Origin: a virus
Lineage: Duplodnaviria; Caudoviricetes
Virus record (IMG/VR): IMGVR_UViG_3300009945_000011
Coordinates: 18,847-82,846 of that record
DNA: 64,000 nt
Strand: one strand, 5' to 3'
Shown: positions 63,801 through 64,000 of the stretch, one piece after another
Numbering within the stretch: the first letter of the stretch is position 1
Layout of the letters: every line of letters starts with the position of its first letter
Notes under the pieces: generated by a model
Seen by the model: only the letters and a program-made list of their open reading frames with translations
What the model was told of the DNA's origin: nothing
The model's database searches: none
Position numbers and translations under genes: made by a program

Positions 63801-64000
63801 TGAGATTCTTGGTCTCGTCTCGCAATTAAATGATATGTATATCAGGTTCCTTCAGTACGTATCAGTACAGCCAGTACGTGATATCAATGAGCACCCAAAT
63901 CAGAATAAGCCACCGACTGATCCAGCAAACATGATGAAGGAAATTATTGATCTTGCCAGGAAAGAGAACCCGAGATGTGACCTTTACTACACCAGCGACT
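60886..64000 (+). CDS. Tail-tip hub (Tal-like) protein with lectin-like and FN3-like N-terminal domains; partial
   Basis: Not in track because no stop in window; starts MPLAPVTVFDSFSRSVTDGLG; frame checked open at the start and near the end; RYLFKVYDQDGNYLGTW hub-like segment at ~63.1 kb. Confidence 0.75.
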   Translation, partial: MPLAPVTVFDSFSRSVTDGLGTSDSGHTWQGTSADYDVYSSSGYARIYVPASRATSVAYIDVPNNATQEVLVKVKWNVDTLTDHGPVLRRAAYNSYYYARIQDYYHEIALTVNANGTIYELNRVSGITLNKDTYYWVRFRADSVGLKLKIWQDGAAEPTSWTITSNYFDGSNPPGAGDFGYYTKGTSSTYSVYLDTLYWYSLEDEEPGLPVTDNFNRLVTAGWGRSNTGHQWVGNLADDPDYYGLRNQGAVSSSGYATLTTSSSSTTRNGIIGPSVADSEVTCAFYVDSITGNPETLLGLRGDAQPSSGNYQFIGYYARLIWGSTSFTMRKVTSFGATSTQIGSTFTLSAAPAAGEKWWIKVQCQGTNVRAKAWKDGTAEPAWQIQTTDTSLTSGKAFVRLQGSGTSTTNFRAYSFSHTVITTGNQLNTGSLSFSNITDTGFTVSASYTNDSNNNSSCTIQYRPQGSDTWTSATVTVNRTTKIFSATVSGLTQGTTYDVKATYTDADGVSGTNPLQSQVTTALNGIDTGTVTLSAEATSISITATYSNDADNDSSATYRYRVSPSGTWSSSTALTADRTNKRFTGTITGLANDTTYEVEVTYSDPDAVRGTNPRVASITTLGKGVRFAATPITVTPYDVSAVISVYYDLDTNNNSSVSIQYRSIRELLWTTVQATAISVDRGAKIFRAIIPGLSPSLSYQVKAVLSDLDGIVAGTSDTAYTTFTTRGITRETDTRGKRYLFKVYDQDGNYLGTWHDAPQPEFGWHANGGISDLRVTLPRKLSNLNNDATIDFQNRVDVWVIDTTSNGLGKNLINDSDMSLGSWTLGTNWSVDSTGGPDSSAALKFSSSATTQQFAHSEYVPISSVVPLVATIVARAIGGKLRMEMVAYDNSLASIGSSTDYAETVGSSWQKLKLEWLPPDGTKYIRVRISNIGAGTIWCDKAVLLQKELLVYRGRIESYTPRVTQEGESVEIEILGLVSQLNDMYIRFLQYVSVQPVRDINEHPNQNKPPTDPANMMKEIIDLARKENPRCDLYYTSD

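Noticed and set aside
34254-64000. Diversity-generating retroelement acting on fibre genes
   Set aside because: No reverse transcriptase and no template/variable repeat pair differing at adenines was seen in the window
1-64000. Host assignment or alternative genetic code
   Set aside because: Standard-code ORFs tile the genome without systematic internal stops; sigma70 promoters and SD sites show a bacterial host but do not identify a taxon

Overview
About 64 kb of a large tailed bacteriophage genome (siphovirus-like, HK97-type head, long non-contractile tail), cut at both ends. The left half (1-31.3 kb) is transcribed leftward. It holds a replication/nucleotide module: Cas4-like nuclease, thioredoxin, sigma-region-4-like regulator, AEP primase, intein-containing family A DNA polymerase, resolvase, two dNMP kinases, HAD nucleotidase, DnaB-like helicase and Rad52-like annealing protein. 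Next come a ~0.9 kb non-coding origin-like region and ~17 kb of small early genes driven by four near-consensus sigma70 promoters. The right half (31.9-64 kb) is transcribed rightward: a signal-peptide-bearing subtilase, LamG/BppU-like accessory virion genes, HNH, an antisense tyrosine recombinase, terminase, portal, protease-scaffold, capsid, neck, tail tube, a frameshifted chaperone, a 2659-aa tape measure, and two very large adhesin-decorated tail-tip proteins. The most unusual signals are non-coding: (1) a 14-bp palindrome TGCCTG-NN-CAGGCA at seven sites, six of them at gene junctions; (2) a 54-nt tRNA-like fold ending in CCA; (3) a four-copy covarying hairpin family forming gene-cassette-like units; (4) a branched leader RNA that pairs with a Shine-Dalgarno; (5) a conserved box at a fixed distance upstream of three early promoters. 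Early genes include candidate anti-defence proteins (an NLTPH protein, possibly a ring nuclease, and an HhH-GPD glycosylase). All protein calls come from motif recognition by eye; no searches were run, and the host cannot be identified from this window.
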